64,000 nt of DNA, from NCBI RefSeq assembly GCF_006345805.1, contig NW_021833285.1, forward strand, positions 29,938 through 93,937, given 5' to 3'. The notes under the pieces are model-generated. The model worked only from the letters and a program-made list of their open reading frames with translations, had not been told where the DNA came from and did no database searches. This DNA comes from Octopus sinensis (lineage: Eukaryota). This document shows, one piece after another, positions 63,497-64,000 of this stretch. Positions within the stretch are counted from its first letter, which is position 1, and each line of letters begins with the position of its first letter. Made by a program: the position numbers and the translations under genes.

Positions 63497-63895
63497 ATTC
63501 CATCAGCACTGTCCGAATGATGTTGGCATCACTTCAAAATACATCCAAGGCTTGGACCACGTGCCATCCGTCCACAACAAAAATCTAAATCGCATCACAT
63601 AAACATACACAATACGGCAGCATATTCACCTCAATTGGACCCGCTCTCTTTCAACATTACACCAGGACACGTCAAAAAGAAACTGAACACACAAAATTCA
63701 AGAAGTCTTTGGACAAATTCCTTCAAACAGTACCGGACAACCACCACACCCGGATTATGTCTCCGCAAACAATAACTCTCTGCTCGAATGGGCCTGGTGC
63801 CCAATCCTGAACTGAAAGACTTCGCCAGTGGTGCTATTAAGTTAGACATGGCCTGGGCCAATACTGGCCAAACCTTTTTAAGTTAAGTTAAGTTA
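63497..63895 (+). mobile_element. 3' fragment of the same CR1-like family as 58643-63263
   Basis: Matches the reverse complement of 58650-59040 (gtggtgctattaagttagacatggcctg...). Tail ttaagttaagttaagtta; (TA)n on both sides. Confidence 0.9.
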
Positions 63896-64000
63896 TATAT
63901 ATATATATATATATATATCCTATATTATGTATATATATGTTGTATATATATATTAATATATGTGTATATATATATATATATGTATATATATGTGTATGAT

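Overview
Animal genomic DNA: AT-rich, very dense in microsatellites, and almost entirely made of transposable elements and simple repeats. The SINE and LINE families look like those I recall from octopod cephalopods, but that is inference and was not checked. I found no host gene I can name, only weak exon-like candidates; most ORFs in the supplied track are microsatellite artefacts. Main contents: (i) eight R4/Dong-like RT + restriction-like-endonuclease retrotransposon insertions between about 18.1 and 37.8 kb, all oriented with a (TAA)n-type tail, one near full length; (ii) three CR1-like APE/RT LINEs in (TA)n tracts at 56.6-63.9 kb, one near full length; (iii) two TIR-complete mariner elements, a maT/DD37D-like fragment, two MITEs with 8-bp TSDs, and Penelope-like, Tx1-like and RTE-like fragments; (iv) many tRNA-derived SINEs; (v) 34-bp and 31-bp minisatellites derived from TE sequence; (vi) an ~8.9-kb inverted duplication (41103-50043) centred on (TA)n and ending in a 41-bp hairpin that resembles a two-way Helitron 3' end, with the same hairpin also capping a 488-bp inverted structure at 1085-1572; (vii) a minimal hammerhead-ribozyme-like motif at 54989-55033 (-). 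Many frameshifts are 1-bp deletions in homopolymer runs. This suggests long-read consensus error, which is a caveat for the palindrome and for 'dead element' calls. Boundaries of decayed repeats are approximate.
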